The position numbers and the translations under genes are program-made. A stretch of DNA of 64,000 nucleotides from Camelus ferus (lineage: Eukaryota), in the NCBI RefSeq assembly GCF_009834535.1, contig NC_045697.1, positions 34,474,001 through 34,538,000 on the forward strand, given 5' to 3'. Under the pieces are notes generated by a model. That model was not told the DNA's origin, made no database searches, and saw only the letters and a list, made by a program, of their open reading frames with translations. Below are positions 40,836 to 54,721 of this stretch, in pieces; the stretch's first letter is position 1, and every line of letters starts with the position of its first letter.

Positions 40836-42265
40836 AAATACAGTTAATAAAATGGTGCCATGTTTTTTACTTCCTAGTCAGTGGCAGAAAAAAACATACA
40901 GAGTAAAATGTTATCAGTTTCTACCCAAGAAGCATGATCATCACCAAACTAAAGAAATCAATACACTATTAACACATAAATAAAAATTACCAAAGCATTC
41001 GACATTCTAGGACTGTCAGTCTCATTTTGCCAAAGAGAAACACATATAAAAGGGAAAGAGAATGACTAGCAGTTTATTTTTGAATGCAGGTCTATGATTA
41101 CATTACAAAATTAATTACATTTACAAATAAATGAACCTTAATGTAACTCAACAAAGCACCTCTCTGCTCTAGGAATTTAATAGTTAAGTGGTATCTCTCT
41201 ACTAAAGAAGATTTTTACTGCAGGATATTGCTTATTTTCACATGTCACATGAGATTAAAATCAGAGAGCTACAGAAAGGATACTAACTCAAGGGTAAACA
41301 TTTTTTATTATCATTCCCAAGTACAGCCATGATTACAAGAGTTATTACGTCAATAAAATTCTAAGGTATTTTTGACATGTAAGATTAAAAAGAAAAGGTG
41401 TTTCAATTATGAAACATTCCTCTATAAATAACTTCTATTTTTTATTTTAAAAAGTATATTAATGTATTCCATAAGTACTTATTCAGCATTATGTGCCAGG
41501 TATTGTGGGAATATGCAAGACTGGGGAGGATCCCTGGCCTAAGAAATTTACATTTAAGTGGGAAGGTAAAGAACGTAATAGAATGTCTTCATAAATCCTC
41601 AGAGAAAAGATAAAGCAGAGTAAGACCGAGTGATAGTAGCGACAAGAAGGAAGCCTATCTGATCAAGTTCATATTTGAACAGAAATTGAGTGAAATAAGT
41701 GAGAGAGTCACAAGAATGCAGAGTCCCAGAGAAAAGGACAGTAGGTGCAAAGGCTCTGAGGTTAAGAACAAATTGGAATATTCAAGAAATAGCAAGAACA
41801 GAAACTGTTATTTACTTCCAGCAAAAGGTTGAGAATTTATTAAAATTGTGAACATCATCTAACATACATACTAGATTTAAAAAATAGCTGAGAGCAAATG
41901 CTCCAGACTAAACTCTCAGAGATGTAAGTGGACAAAAGTGGAGGTGATATTACCACTTAGCATCTAAAAAAGATACACAATTTCTGTACTTTTATCATGA
42001 AATCAAATCCTATGTGATAACACAGATACAGCATGTAAGGAATATCACATTAAAAGGCATATCATTACGAGCTAGCACAAAGACATAGAGAGATATACAC
42101 CAAGCTGTTAAAGTTGGTTGTCTTAGAAAAGGGAATGAAGGAGAAAGGATGAATGCAAGAAAAAGAGAAGTTAAAGCAAAATGGAAAAATATTTATGGCA
42201 TAATTATTGAAAAAAATGTTTCAAATATACTGTAAGCATGTATATATTCAACCTAAGGACATTAC

Positions 42266-42407
42266 CTTGTTTTTGGTAGTGCAGGAATCAATTTCAGTTA
42301 CCTTGTGGCATTCTTTCTTACATGTATGATTCTGACAATCTAAGGTTCGTCCACACATTCTCTTACAAGAGTAGGGTCCTACAGCATAGGCATGGTAGTG
42401 GGCTCAC
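42266..42407 (-). CDS. NFXL1: NFXL1 exon (17 eq.) containing a +1 frameshift
   Basis: VSPLPC[+1 nt](Y/H)[40 protein letters not shown]. Length is 142 nt where 141 is needed. aag|...|gtaatg. Confidence 0.9.
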
Positions 42408-42825
42408 CTTAAAATTTAAGAAAAAAGGGAAAATTAGCAATACACACACACAAAACCTATCGGAAGTATGTTTCCAAAATGCCTCTGTTATTACTTGAAA
42501 ACAAGTTTCGTCTAATACATTTTCATTAATAACTGTTATTATCAAAATCAAAGTAACCTATCCAAAAAACCCAAAGAAGGAATGCCAAGAAGCAAAAAAA
42601 GTCTAATCCTAAAAGGGAAATTCAATATAATTATTTTGTAGTGAATGCATATAGAAAGGCTAATTCCCAAATAAAAGCACTGTATATTGTAAAAATTAAT
42701 AGACAAACTCTTATACTCGTTGTAGCACTAAAAAGACAATACTTTGACTTTGTTATTTCTAGCATCCATCATATAGAAAAGGTATAGATTACAAGCTTTA
42801 CTTAAAGTTTGTGCTTGTAACTCAC

Positions 42826-42847
42826 CTCGTGCTTCCCAAGACATTCC
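42826..42847 (-). CDS. NFXL1: NFXL1 22-nt microexon (16 eq.)
   Basis: (M)ECLGKHE; ttttttcctgcag|GGAATGTCTTGGGAAGCACGAG|gtgagt. Confidence 0.92.
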
Positions 42848-42984
42848 CTGCAGGAAAAAAATAAAATGAAATGAAAACATTATACATTCTTCAGAAAGAA
42901 TATTTTTATAGCAAAGATGCTAACTCTACTAGTTTTTTTACTTAAGAACAAAAAAATCAACACATATGGAAATAATAAGTGATT

Positions 42985-45198
42985 ACAGAAAGGTTGCAGG
43001 ATACAAAGTTAATACACAAAAGCCAATGAACCTGTATACCAGCAATGAACAACTGGGATTAGACATCAAAAACACACCACTATTCATAATTAGCACACAA
43101 AAAAATTAAATACTTAGGTATAAATCTAACAAAATAAACACATGATCTATATGAAGAAAACTACAAAACACTGATAAAAGAAATAAAAGATCTAAATACA
43201 TGGAGAGATATTTCATGTTCATCTATAGAAAGGTACAATATTATTAAAATGGCACTTCTTCCCAACTTGATCTAGATTCAACACAATTCCAATCAAAATC
43301 CCAGCTAGTTATTTTGTGGATTATCAACAAATTGATTCTAAGGTCTATATGGAAAGAGTAAAAACCCAGGATGGCCAACACAGTACTGAAGAACAACAAA
43401 GAGAGAGGACAGACACTACTACCCAAATTCAAGACTTACTATGAGGCTACAGTGATCAAGACAGTATGGTACTGCGGAAAGAATACACAAATCAACTGAA
43501 TAGAATAGAGCCTAGAAATGGACCCACATAAATGTAGCCAACTGATCTTTGACAAAGGAGAAAGGCAATCAAATACAGAAAGGATAGTCTTTTCAACAAG
43601 TGACTGGTGCTGGAACAAAGGGAGATCCATATGGAGAAAAAGATACAACAAACCTTACACCTTTCACAGCAGTAAACTCAAAATGGATCACAGCCCTAAA
43701 TGTGAAATGCACAAGTATAAAACAAAGGAGAAAATCTAGGTGACCTTGGGTTTGGTAATGACTTTTTAAACCCAACACCAAAAGCATGATCCATGAAAGA
43801 AAAATGGTTTAGCTGGACTTCATTAAATCAAAAGCATATGCTCTGCCATAAACACTTAAATAAAAAAGGGTTAAATGAAAAGACAAATCACAGACTAGGG
43901 GTAAATATCTGGAAAACACATATCCAGTAAAGGACTTATATCCAAAATACAAAAGAATCTTAAAACTCAGCAATAAGAAATCAAACAATCCAATTTTTTT
44001 AATGGGTAAGATTTGAACGGAGAACAGACACTTCACCAGAGAAGACATACAAATGGCAAATAAGCATGTGAAAAAATGTTCAGCATCATATGCCATTAGA
44101 GAACTGTCAATTAAAACAATGAGATATGACTATACACCTACTGGAATGGCTAAAACCCAAAATCCTGACAACAGCTTATACTGGCAAAGATGTAGGCAAC
44201 AGGAATTCTCATTCATTGTTGGTAAGAATGCAAAATGGTACAAGCCACTTTGTTAGACAGCTTGGCAGTGTCTTATAAAAGTAAATGTAGACTTACCATA
44301 TGATCCAGCAATAGCACTCCTAAATACCTACCAAATGAGTTGAAAACATATGTCCACATAAAAACCTGCACATAATTGTTTTCTTCGTAACTGCCAAAAC
44401 TTGGAAACAACCAAAATGTCTTTCAATAGGTGAATGGATAAACAAACAGTGATAAATACATAAACCGGAATATTATTCAGCAATAAAAAGACATGAGTTA
44501 CCAAGCCATAAAAAGACATGGAGGAAACTTAAATGTGTATTATTAAGTACAATATGCTAAAAAGGTTACATACTGTAGGATTACAACTACAGGACATTTT
44601 GGAAAAGACAGTAAAAAGATCAATGGTTTCCAGGGACTTCAGGGGGAAGGAGGTGAGGGATAAATAAAGGTAGCATGTTTTTAGGGCAGTGAAACTATTC
44701 TGTATGGTACTGTAATGGTGGATACTTGAGATTATACAATTATCAAAACTCATGGACCATATAACCCAAAAAGTAAACCCTAATATAAACTATAGACTTT
44801 AGGTAATAATAATGTATCAGTTCCTCAACTGTAAAAAAAAAAAAATCTACTCTAAGAAAGAAATTATATTACCTGGATAGTTCATGTGACAAGTAATATT
44901 TTTCAACATATACTTCATAATAAGTTTGTTTTACATGCCACTGAAAAATCATTATATCAGAGTTAGAAGGATCACTATACTTTTGTTTTTCTTTTTTAGA
45001 CTGAGATAAAATTCATATACCATTAAAGTTATACTTTTAAAGACTACAATTCCACAATAATATAAGCTATTAATAATAGAGGAAACTGTAAGTGTGTGGC
45101 AGGACATATGGGAACTTTTTGTACTTTCTGTGCAATTTGCCTGGAAACCTAAAAAATCATCTAAAAAAGATAAAGTCTATTTTAAAAAATAAATAAAT
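42985..45198 (+). mobile_element. Old L1 (L1M) ORF2 3' half and 3'UTR, with a ~207-bp insertion at 44846-45052
   Basis: aaggttgcaggatacaaagttaata...; degraded ORF2 peptides (MANKHVKKCSAS); 3' end ...taaagtctattttaaaaaataaataaa. Confidence 0.85.
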
Positions 45199-45214
45199 AC
45201 TTCATTTCCCTTTC

Positions 45215-45608
45215 AAGAAACTGGCTTAGAAACTGTATTGTGATCCTGTTCTGGGCCAATGAAATGTGAAAGGAGTTTTACTATGGGGCTTCTGGGAAAG
45301 GTTTCCTCACTCTTTAAATAAAAAAAATGATGGTTGAAGGCAGTTTCCATTGACCCCTTTGGAAACTTCACTAGGTGGATGGGAAGCTTATTCAGAAGGC
45401 CAAATAGCCTGAAAGCAAAGATGACACACGAAGAATAAAGCAGAAAGACAGAATCTGCCCCTTGATGATGCATCACTGAATTGACCGGATTAACCAACCA
45501 TGAAGCGGCTCTACCTCCAGTCTAATTGTGCAAGGCATAAACATTACCATGTCGCTTTCTATTTATGGTTCTTGGTACTTGAAGCCAAAGGCACCCTAAA
45601 TGAAATAA
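45215..45608 (+). mobile_element. Old MLT1 (J/K-like) LTR fragment
   Basis: ttctgggccaatgaaatgtgaaagga...ggggcttctgggaaag...tacttgaagccaaaggcaccctaaatgaaata. Confidence 0.55.
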
Positions 45609-45859
45609 CACACGTATTACATGTGTTATATGTACATGTTCAGAACTCTTTTACCACAAGGCCAAATTATCATTAAAAGTAATGTTATTTTCAAAAACCA
45701 GAGGGCAAGGGATAAGAAAACAAGAACATTCTACTCTAAGAAAGAAATTATATTACCTGGATAGTTCACATGACAATAAAAATATATACAATAATAATTT
45801 TGGTATATATACATGCCACTGAAAAATCACATCAGAGTTAGAAGGATCTTTATTCATGT

Positions 45860-48270
45860 TTTTCTCCTTTTTTAAATTGAGATAAAATTTGGTATCATAA
45901 AATATATACTTTTGAAGAGTACAATTCAGTGGTGTTTAGTATACTCGTAAGGTTGTGTAACCATCACCACTATTTAATTCTAAAATATTTTCATAATTTC
46001 AGAGAGAAATTCTAAAACTATTAGAAGTCACTTCCTCATGGTCTCCTGTCCGCAGCCCCCAGCAACTACTAATCTACTTTCTGTCTCTATGGATTTGCCT
46101 ACTCTGGACATTTCATGTAAGTAGAATCAATTATGGGGCCTTTTGTGTCTGGCTTTTTTTTCACTTAGCATGCTGTTTTCAAGGTTCATCCATGTTATAG
46201 CATGTATCAGTAATTCATGCATTTTTATAGCTGAATAATATTCCATTGTATGGATATATCACATTTTGTTTATTCATTCACCAGGTGATAGACAATTGAG
46301 TTGTTCCCACTTTTTTGGCTATTAATAATAATGCTGCTATGGCAATTCACATACAAGTTTTTATGAACATATATTTTCAACTCTCTTGGGTTTAGATCTA
46401 AGAGTAAAGTTGCTGGGTCGTGTGGCAACTCCACATTTATAGTCTCCTGAGAAACTACCAAGTGTTTTCCAAAGTAGCTATATCATGTTACATTTCCAAT
46501 AGCAATGTACAATGGCTCCAACTTCTCTATACCTTCACCAACACTTATATGTCTTTTTTTATTTTAGCCTCCCTAGTGGGTGTAAAATGGTATCTCTCAG
46601 TGGTTTGGAGTTACATTTCCTAATCCATGATATTGAGCATCTTCTCATGTGTGTTTACTGGCCATTTGTAGATTTCTTCTGGAGACATCTATTCAAAGGC
46701 TTTGCCATTTTTAAATTGGATATTTGTCTTTTTGTTTCTCAGTCTTAGAATTCTTTACATGTTCTAGATAATATACTCCTATAAGATACACAATTTACAA
46801 ACATTTTCTACCATTCTGTGGGTTATCTTCAGTTTTTTGATCGTGTCCTTAAAGCACAATTTCCTGATAATGCTCTCTGACTTAACTTTCATATAGCCCA
46901 ATTAATCTATTTTTTACCTTGTCGCTTATGCTTTAGGTGTCATATCCAATAAACCAATGCCTAATCCAAGGACACAAAGATTTACACCTATGCTTTCTTC
47001 TAGAAGTTAAATAGTTTAAGTTCTTACTTTTTGGCCCCTGACCCACTTTGAGTTACCATTTATATATAGGTTGTGAGGCAGGGGTCTGATTTCATTTTTT
47101 ACCATGTGAATATCCAGTTGTCCCAGTACCATTTGTTGGAAAAAAAACATTGTTTCCCCCACTAAATTGTTCTGACACTCCTGTCCAAAAAATCAATTGA
47201 CCATAAATGTATAGATTTATTCCTGGACTGTCAGTTTTATTCCCTTGATCCATGTGTTTATCTGTATGCCAGTACCACACAGTCTTTGGTCTTCTTTCTC
47301 TCAATAATGTTTTGTAGTTCTCAGTGTACAAAAATAGATTTCTTTCATTAAATTTGTTAAACAAAATGTTTGTTGTTTTTAATGCTATTGGAAGTGGGAC
47401 TGTTTCCTTAATTTTCAGATTGTTCACTGTTAGTATACAGAAATAAAATTGACTTTTACATATTCATCATATTTCCTATAATCTTACTGAACTCATTTAA
47501 TATCTCTAATAACTTTTGTGAAGATTCCCTAGGATTTTCTATATACAAGATCATGTCATCTGAAAATACAAATAGTTCTACTTCTTTATTCCCAGTGTGA
47601 ATAATTTTTACTCCATTTTCTAGTCTAACTTTTTAGGCTTGCACTTCCAAAACAATGTTGAACAAAAGTGGCAAGAGCAGATACCCTAGTCTTGCTTCCT
47701 GATCTTAAGGGGGAAAGCTTTAAATCTCCCACCATTAAGTTTGTTACCTGTATGTTTTTCACAGATGCCCTTTATCAGGCTGAGGAAGTTCTCTTTTAAT
47801 TCAAATTTGTTGAGTGTTTTTATCAAGTATGTCAGATTGTGTCAAATGTTTTTCTGCATCTATCAACTTTCCCTTATTCTACTGATAAAGTATTACACTG
47901 ATTGATTTGAATCAATGATTGACTGATGAATGAATGATTGATGTTGATTCAACCTTGTATTTCTGGGATATAGCCCACTTGGTTATGGCGTATAATTCTT
48001 CTGTTGCTGGATTCAGTTTGCCAGTGTTTGGTTGAGAATTTTTACATCTATATTCAAAAGGGATATTGGTCTATAGTTTTCTTGTGATATTTTTCTCTGG
48101 TTTAGTATCAGGGACATACTAGCATCACTGAATGAGTTATGAGGTGTCCCTCCTTAGTGAAGCACTGGTGTTAATTTTTTTAAATGTCTGGTAGAATTCA
48201 ATAGTGACATCACCAGTCCTGAGCATTTCTTTGTAGTAATTTTTCAGTTACTAATTCAGTCTCTTTACTA
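45860..48270 (-). mobile_element. Old L1 (L1M) ORF2 fragments and 3'UTR
   Basis: T-rich tail at the left; ctactaatctactttctgtctctatggatttgcct; ELPHDPATLLL peptide on minus; gttgaacaaaagtggcaagagcagata. Confidence 0.85.
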
Positions 48271-48324
48271 CACTTTGAACTATGTCAAAAGATTTTTTTA
48301 AAAAGCTAAAATTCTACTACTTAC

Positions 48325-48416
48325 ATAGGAATAGGAACTTGACATGGAGGACAAGGCAATGCAGTCTGAATAAATACTGGTTCAGAATGCTGTTCCCAAG
48401 GGCCCGTAGGTTGGTG
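48325..48416 (-). CDS. NFXL1: NFXL1 exon (15 eq.)
   Basis: [30 protein letters not shown](M); 92 nt; tag|...|gtaagt. Confidence 0.95.
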
Positions 48417-49150
48417 CTACAAGTAAAATACATGACAATTTTAAGTCAGAGGGATTAAATTGTACGGCCATTATAAGAATCTATGAAAATTGTTCTAGGA
48501 ATCCTCTGCTTAAGCAGGTTAAAATTTTTTCAAGTAATCAACAAATCGTGCTTACTGAAATATTTTATTCCATCCTTATTCTATCACATTGTTCCCCTTC
48601 AACATTCTTATATTAAAAATTGAGGCAGACTCTAGTTTTTAAATGACAGAACAAAGACAATATACCCTCTTTCACTTCTCATAAGCCAAAAGAGTAAGAA
48701 ACAGAATTGTAAAATCCAAATTCCATCAATAGAATGTAATCTCCATTATTTTGTTCACTGTTGTCTCCCCAGCACCTAGAACAATGCTTAACACATAGTA
48801 AGGACTCAATAAATATTCACTGAATATGTGAATGAATCTTTGAGGAAACCAGGAGATGTCTATAACCCTAAACCACCACATATGAAGGAAGACTGACAAA
48901 TTCATCTGTACAATGATTATAACATGACTATCACACTGTACTTGCAAACATTTCTTTACTGGTTTCTCTCCTTTTCTATATTAAGAGCTTCTTAAGACAA
49001 AAGACCAAGTCTTATTTACCTTGTACCCCAGCTCCTACCAGTGTTTAATACCCAATAGGTACTTAATCATTGCTTGTTGAACGACTAAGTAAAATTACAA
49101 AAATATGACCCACAGTAATGCACTACCTCTCAATAATATTGCTCCCTTAC

Positions 49151-49310
49151 CCTGCCAGTTTGCTTTATTAATGCTTGATCATGACATGGAGCAGGACACA
49201 AGTGACCGCATTTCTCCAAAACCTTTTGGCAAGGTTGATGACATGGAGGACAAGAGCCAAAGTGACAGCGATGTTTTTCTTGACTTGTATGATGGCAAGT
49301 TGGTGGTCGA
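49151..49310 (-). CDS. NFXL1: NFXL1 exon (14 eq.)
   Basis: (S)[53 protein letters not shown]; 160 nt; tag|...|gtaagg. Confidence 0.95.
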
Positions 49311-49542
49311 CTAAATCATAAAGTACAGTTTTTTAAATTACTTTCGGTCATTGAACAATTATATCTAAAAATGCAATTATCTAATTATATATCTTCTGAT
49401 TCCATACCGAATGAGCATATTGTGAATATTAATATTTTAGAACATTAAAGCAAAATTGAAAATATTAACAGTATTAAAAAATCAGTATGAATTTAAATCT
49501 GTAGGACACCAGATGTAAGTCTGCACGGAGTTTCGTACTAAC

Positions 49543-49663
49543 CTGCACTGCTCTTTGCACTTGGGGGGTCTTGTGGTACGTTCTCGGCCACAGGGTACTG
49601 TCACCTTTGTATGACCACAATTGCACTTCACATCTACGGTTTCTGGGCAAGGATAACAACTAC
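49543..49663 (-). CDS. NFXL1: NFXL1 exon (13 eq.)
   Basis: (G)[39 protein letters not shown](S); 121 nt; cag|...|gttagt. Confidence 0.95.
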
Positions 49664-52600
49664 CTGAAAAAAAGGTCTGAAACTTAAAGAGAAATTTCCT
49701 TAACTACTCAAATTCCCATCAGTAAGAGAATCAGTAAGTTTAGTACGTTCGGATACTCTACTATGAGAATAAAGAAACTATATGAATGAATCTCACACAC
49801 ATAACACTGAGCAAAAGAAATCAAACACAAAGAGTATACAGCATATGATTCTATTCACATAAAACAAACAAGAAAAACAAATCTATGCTGTTCAAAATCA
49901 GGATGATGATTACAAAGGACACAAAAAGTTTAGGAAATGCTGCTAACGTTCTGTTTGATGATCTGAGTTCTGGTTACATGGCTATGATCAGTTTATAAAA
50001 AGTCATCAAGCTGTACACTTATGATCTGTATACTTTTCTACACCTACACTGGTCCTTCAATAAAAAGTTTTAGAATTTTCTTTAAAATTTGCTAAAAGTT
50101 CTGTTCTAAATAACAAATTTAACACATTATTCATTCAAAACTACACAAGCAAAATGGAGCTAACTCTTCGGAAAATTTAACGTTAACAATAATCTTTTTG
50201 GCTTAGTTTCATACATACATCTATTCAAGTACATTATTTTCAGATAAATTCTCCAGTAAGAGTGAATTCTCATCAGGTTAACAACAGTACAAACAATTTT
50301 TGCATTACTCGTGCTTTGTGAAAGTCTAAATTCTAAAATCATATTTTAGGCTACAATTCCAAATATTTCTCTTTTAAACATTTCAAAAGAAAAAGTTTTT
50401 AGGGTTTCAGCTTTTTGATTTTCTTTTGTTGTGGGTTGGCAGAAATACACAAAAACAAATTGAAAGAAATGTTTCTAAACAGGCTATAAAGTTCTCTCCA
50501 AAGCTTTAACATCATCTTAAAAGGCTTTCTTCCCCCTCTTGTTTTCCCAGTAAGGCACCCCATTATAAATGAAATAAGAAGAAGGGAATAAAGAGTCTTT
50601 AGCTAAGGAGTAGGTATCGCAAGAGAATGCTGCCTAGGTATCAGGACCAAGCAGGCAAAACACTGAGTAGCAGTTAACCTGATAAGAAATAGATTAATGA
50701 TGAAAAATCATCCCATTAAAGCCTCGAGAAGCTCAAAATAGTTCCCTAAAACAAACAAAAGTTAAGAATTTTGATTCAAATAATGATCACAGAAAAAGAA
50801 ACAGAGTAAAAAGCACCATAGAGAAAACACACACACATATTGTATAAATTACCAAATTTATACTTCAGTGTTTTGATAAGTATAATCCAGTAAAGTATTA
50901 TCTTGATGGTAGTGTGAGCCAAGTTACCCTGACTCACGTGATCAAATTTTATTTTGATCTTTCCAAAAGAATGACTGGATGTCACATTTTTTGAAAGCTA
51001 ATAGCGACATTTATGTCTGTTCTTACTCAGCACATTATATCAATTTCCACGCTTAACAATGATAATTTTCATACCTCTTCAGCAATTCAAAGAGAAATTT
51101 ATCAAACATAACCTTTCTGCCACCCTAAACTACAGCATCACTTTTCCTTTTTTTAAATTAAATCTTGAGAACAAAAAGGGATAATTTCTCTGAACAGTCT
51201 TCCTACTGAAACCATGACAGATACCTGTACAACATGATGGATAAATTAAAATAATTTCACTGATAATACATACTTTTTAAATGAAAAGGAAGCATACAGA
51301 ACGTAACTACAGTGACCAGTGGGTCATCGGTCCAGTAATTTTAGAATCATAAACATAGATGGCCTTAAAAGAACTATAAATCAAACTTCATATATTCACA
51401 GTGCAAACACGTAGTATCTTCTCCTGATGAGTTAACAGTTTAAATTATGAAGGTGCCTAGTATGATGGAAAATGATATAAAATAATGATTTTAGATATCT
51501 CATGTAACTGAGTATTAAACAAACGGTGAGAGTTGCACAACGATATCTTCACACATTTTCCCTAAGTTAAGTTTTGTCAGAGGCTAATAAGCTGCTTTTT
51601 TAAAAAATAAACATTCTGCCAAAAAATAAATAAATAATTGAAACAGGAGCTGATCAAACCTCTAGTCCTACTAACAATTTATAAGAAATACGGAGAAAAA
51701 TGTCAACTAATATCACAGAGGTGCAATCTGCAAAATCCAGACTCTGTGAAATTAAATAAAGCAACCTAGTTTCTTAAACAAGTGACAAAGGAAAAGAAAA
51801 AAGACGGAAAATTATAGAAAAAGAGGTAAATATTAGGTTAATAGACTTTAGAGACATCAACCAATTACAACGTCAATCTCACTAGGTTTTTGAGTCATAC
51901 AAACTGAAGTAAAAGATGAAGGTATTCATGAGACAACAAGGTGACACCAGATATTTGCTGATATTAAGAAATAGATGAACTATTTTCAGGTTAAGAATCC
52001 ATCTTTTAGAGATGCATAATGAAGTATTTACAGGATTTGGCTCAAAATTACACAAGGGGGGATATGCTTTCAACATTTCTCCACCAAGTATGATACTTGC
52101 TCTAGCCTTTCTGCAGATAATCTGCATCAGGTTAAGGATTGCTCTCTTGTATTTCTAGTTAGGTTTTCATCATATATGGATGTTGAATTTTATCAACTGT
52201 TTTTGAGACACTTACTAAAATGATCTTATTTCTCCTTTAATCTGTTAATCTGATAGCAATAAACCCAACTTGGTTATGATAGATTAAGGTTTTGGATAGG
52301 TAATACTATAGTACCAGATAGCTGGATTTGAGTGGCTAAAACTTGAATATTTTACAAACATGTTCATGAGTTAGACTGGACTATAATTTTCTCTTCCTTT
52401 CCTTGTAAGATGATAAGCTAGGGCACATTCGTTTTTTACATATACTATCAAATATTTTATAAAGAGACTGAACTTTTATATATATATATACCTTAAATGT
52501 TCATTTGTTAAAAATCATGTGTAATAATGGAAAAAAATCTGAAAAGAAAAAAATATATATGTATGTACATATATAACTGAATAACTTTGCTGTACAACTG

Positions 52601-53859
52601 AAACTAATATTGTAAATCAACTACACTTCAATAAAAATTTTTTTTTAAACTCATGTGTAAAAATCAACTATGCCTGGTGTTTTCCTGCTAAGAAAATTCT
52701 AAACTTCTGATCCAGTTTCTTTCATGGTCATATAACTAGTCTGCTTTTCTACTTAAAGTGAAGCTCATATTATAACAGTGGTCTACCAGGCCCTACACAT
52801 ATTCTCCTTTCCCCAGCAATCCGTCATCCCACCATCTCTTTGAACTCATCTCCCACTATGTGTCCCCTGGAGCAACTACTTCAGTCCTCCTTCAGGTGTT
52901 CCCGCCTCAAGGCCTCTGCAATCACACTACCCCAACCCCATTTCCACAGGGCTTGATCCCCTACTTCTCTCAAGATTCCCTTCACATGTCATCATTTCAG
53001 TGTTCTCCTCTGACCACACTGTTTAGAACAGTACATACCACCCAGACTATCACAATTTTAACTTTACTCTAATTTTCTTTCTATACTTGTCCCTGATATT
53101 CTATACTAATTTGTTATTTATTTTATTCTAACTGAGGTGGAATAAAAAAATAAGTTCCCCAAAAGCAAGTACTTTATCAAAATTATTCTCTCATGTAATC
53201 CCAATGCCGGTACTTGGGAGACACCCCAAAATACTTATTGAATGAATTAATGACTAACTTCAGACTGTTCATAAAATTCAAATTTAATGGGTCAATGATG
53301 TAAATTAACTATAAAAGGGAATAAAATCCTTTTCGTGATGATGCAAACTGAAAAACTAGTTCTAAACTTTGCAACCTAAAGACACTGAGAGATCAGAGAA
53401 TATCCACAGGGAAATGTCTATGGGGTTAATAGAATTTGCCACTTTTACTCATGGGGAGGCAATATGGTGTAATATTATTGAAGTGTAGGTTCACATCCTG
53501 ACTTTGCAACTAGTTCTATGACTCTGGACCAATAGCCTCTGTACCTGCTTCCTCATTATAGAAAACAACAACAATATCACATACATTATAAGATTTCTGA
53601 GAGGATTAAGACGTTACGGGAGGTAATCCAGCATCCACCTATTCCTAAAAGAAGACAACAAAAAACAGTACAGGAATTTATCTCAAGTCATAAAGCTACT
53701 AAACTAAGCCCAGACTTGAGTCAGGACCTCCTAACTTAAGTCCATGCTCTCTCCACTACATTCTACTACGTTTCAATAGATTCCATTTCATATCAGCATA
53801 CTCCAAAAGAGTAAAGTTAACTCAGTTTTCAATGTCTAATGACTTAGCCACCCCTTTCA

Positions 53860-54237
53860 GGTGGTATGCAAGGTCTCATATGCATAGATTAAAATTTTCC
53901 AGAAGCTATGTAACATGTGATATCACAACAGATTGAACGCAGAAGCAGATACGTGAATCTAGCTATCTTCTATTAAACTAGACATTAAAGACATTTGCAA
54001 AAATATAGAATACTATTCTAAATTTTTTCCAGAAAATAGTTATTTTTCATAGAAAATGTTACTGTATTAAGATGTAATGGGTTATTCCTAATTTTAAATA
54101 AAATAATAAATGTTACTACACTTTATTTTAATTCAAATACAATAAATGTCAGCAGGTAAAACCCACATTAACAAAAGGTCTTTTGGTCTAAAAAGACTGT
54201 AAAGGGGTCTTGAGAACAAAAATTTTGAGAACCACTG
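53860..54237 (+). mobile_element. Charlie1-like hAT transposon 3' fragment
   Basis: gcagaagcagatacgtgaatctagctatcttctattaaactagacattaaagacatttgcaaaaat...tttgagaaccactg. Confidence 0.7.
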
Positions 54238-54630
54238 GTTAGAATATATCCAATCCCTTATAAGGCTTAATTTCATATAAATGTCTAAAATTCAAAATAA
54301 TACTGACAAACCTAAGAATATATTAATTTAAAAACTTCATGAGGAAAGTCACGAAGAAGAAGGGAAACAACATGGTGTTACAGAAAGAACAAAAAGCCTA
54401 CATTTAGAAGGCCTGGGTTCAAATCTTGGCTATATTGCTTTACTAAATATTTCCCTAAGTAAGTCACATCCTCTTTAGTTTAAATTTTCTTGTCCATAAA
54501 ATAAGAGCATTGGTGACTGCCCTAACTTCTCAAGATATTTAAGAGTAAGATAATAAATGTGAAAGCTCTCTGTCAACTATAAAGCACTATGTAAATATAA
54601 ACATAAAATTACAGCTATGTTAAATTTTAC

Positions 54631-54721
54631 CTCTATGGCAGACAGATGGACACTTATGGTTTCTACATCCTAAAGTCCGTCCACAGTTTTGATCACAAGG
54701 TGGACAGTTTCCAGGGCAACA
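54631..54721 (-). CDS. NFXL1: NFXL1 exon (12 eq.)
   Basis: [30 protein letters not shown](G); 91 nt; tag|...|gtaaaa. Confidence 0.95.
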
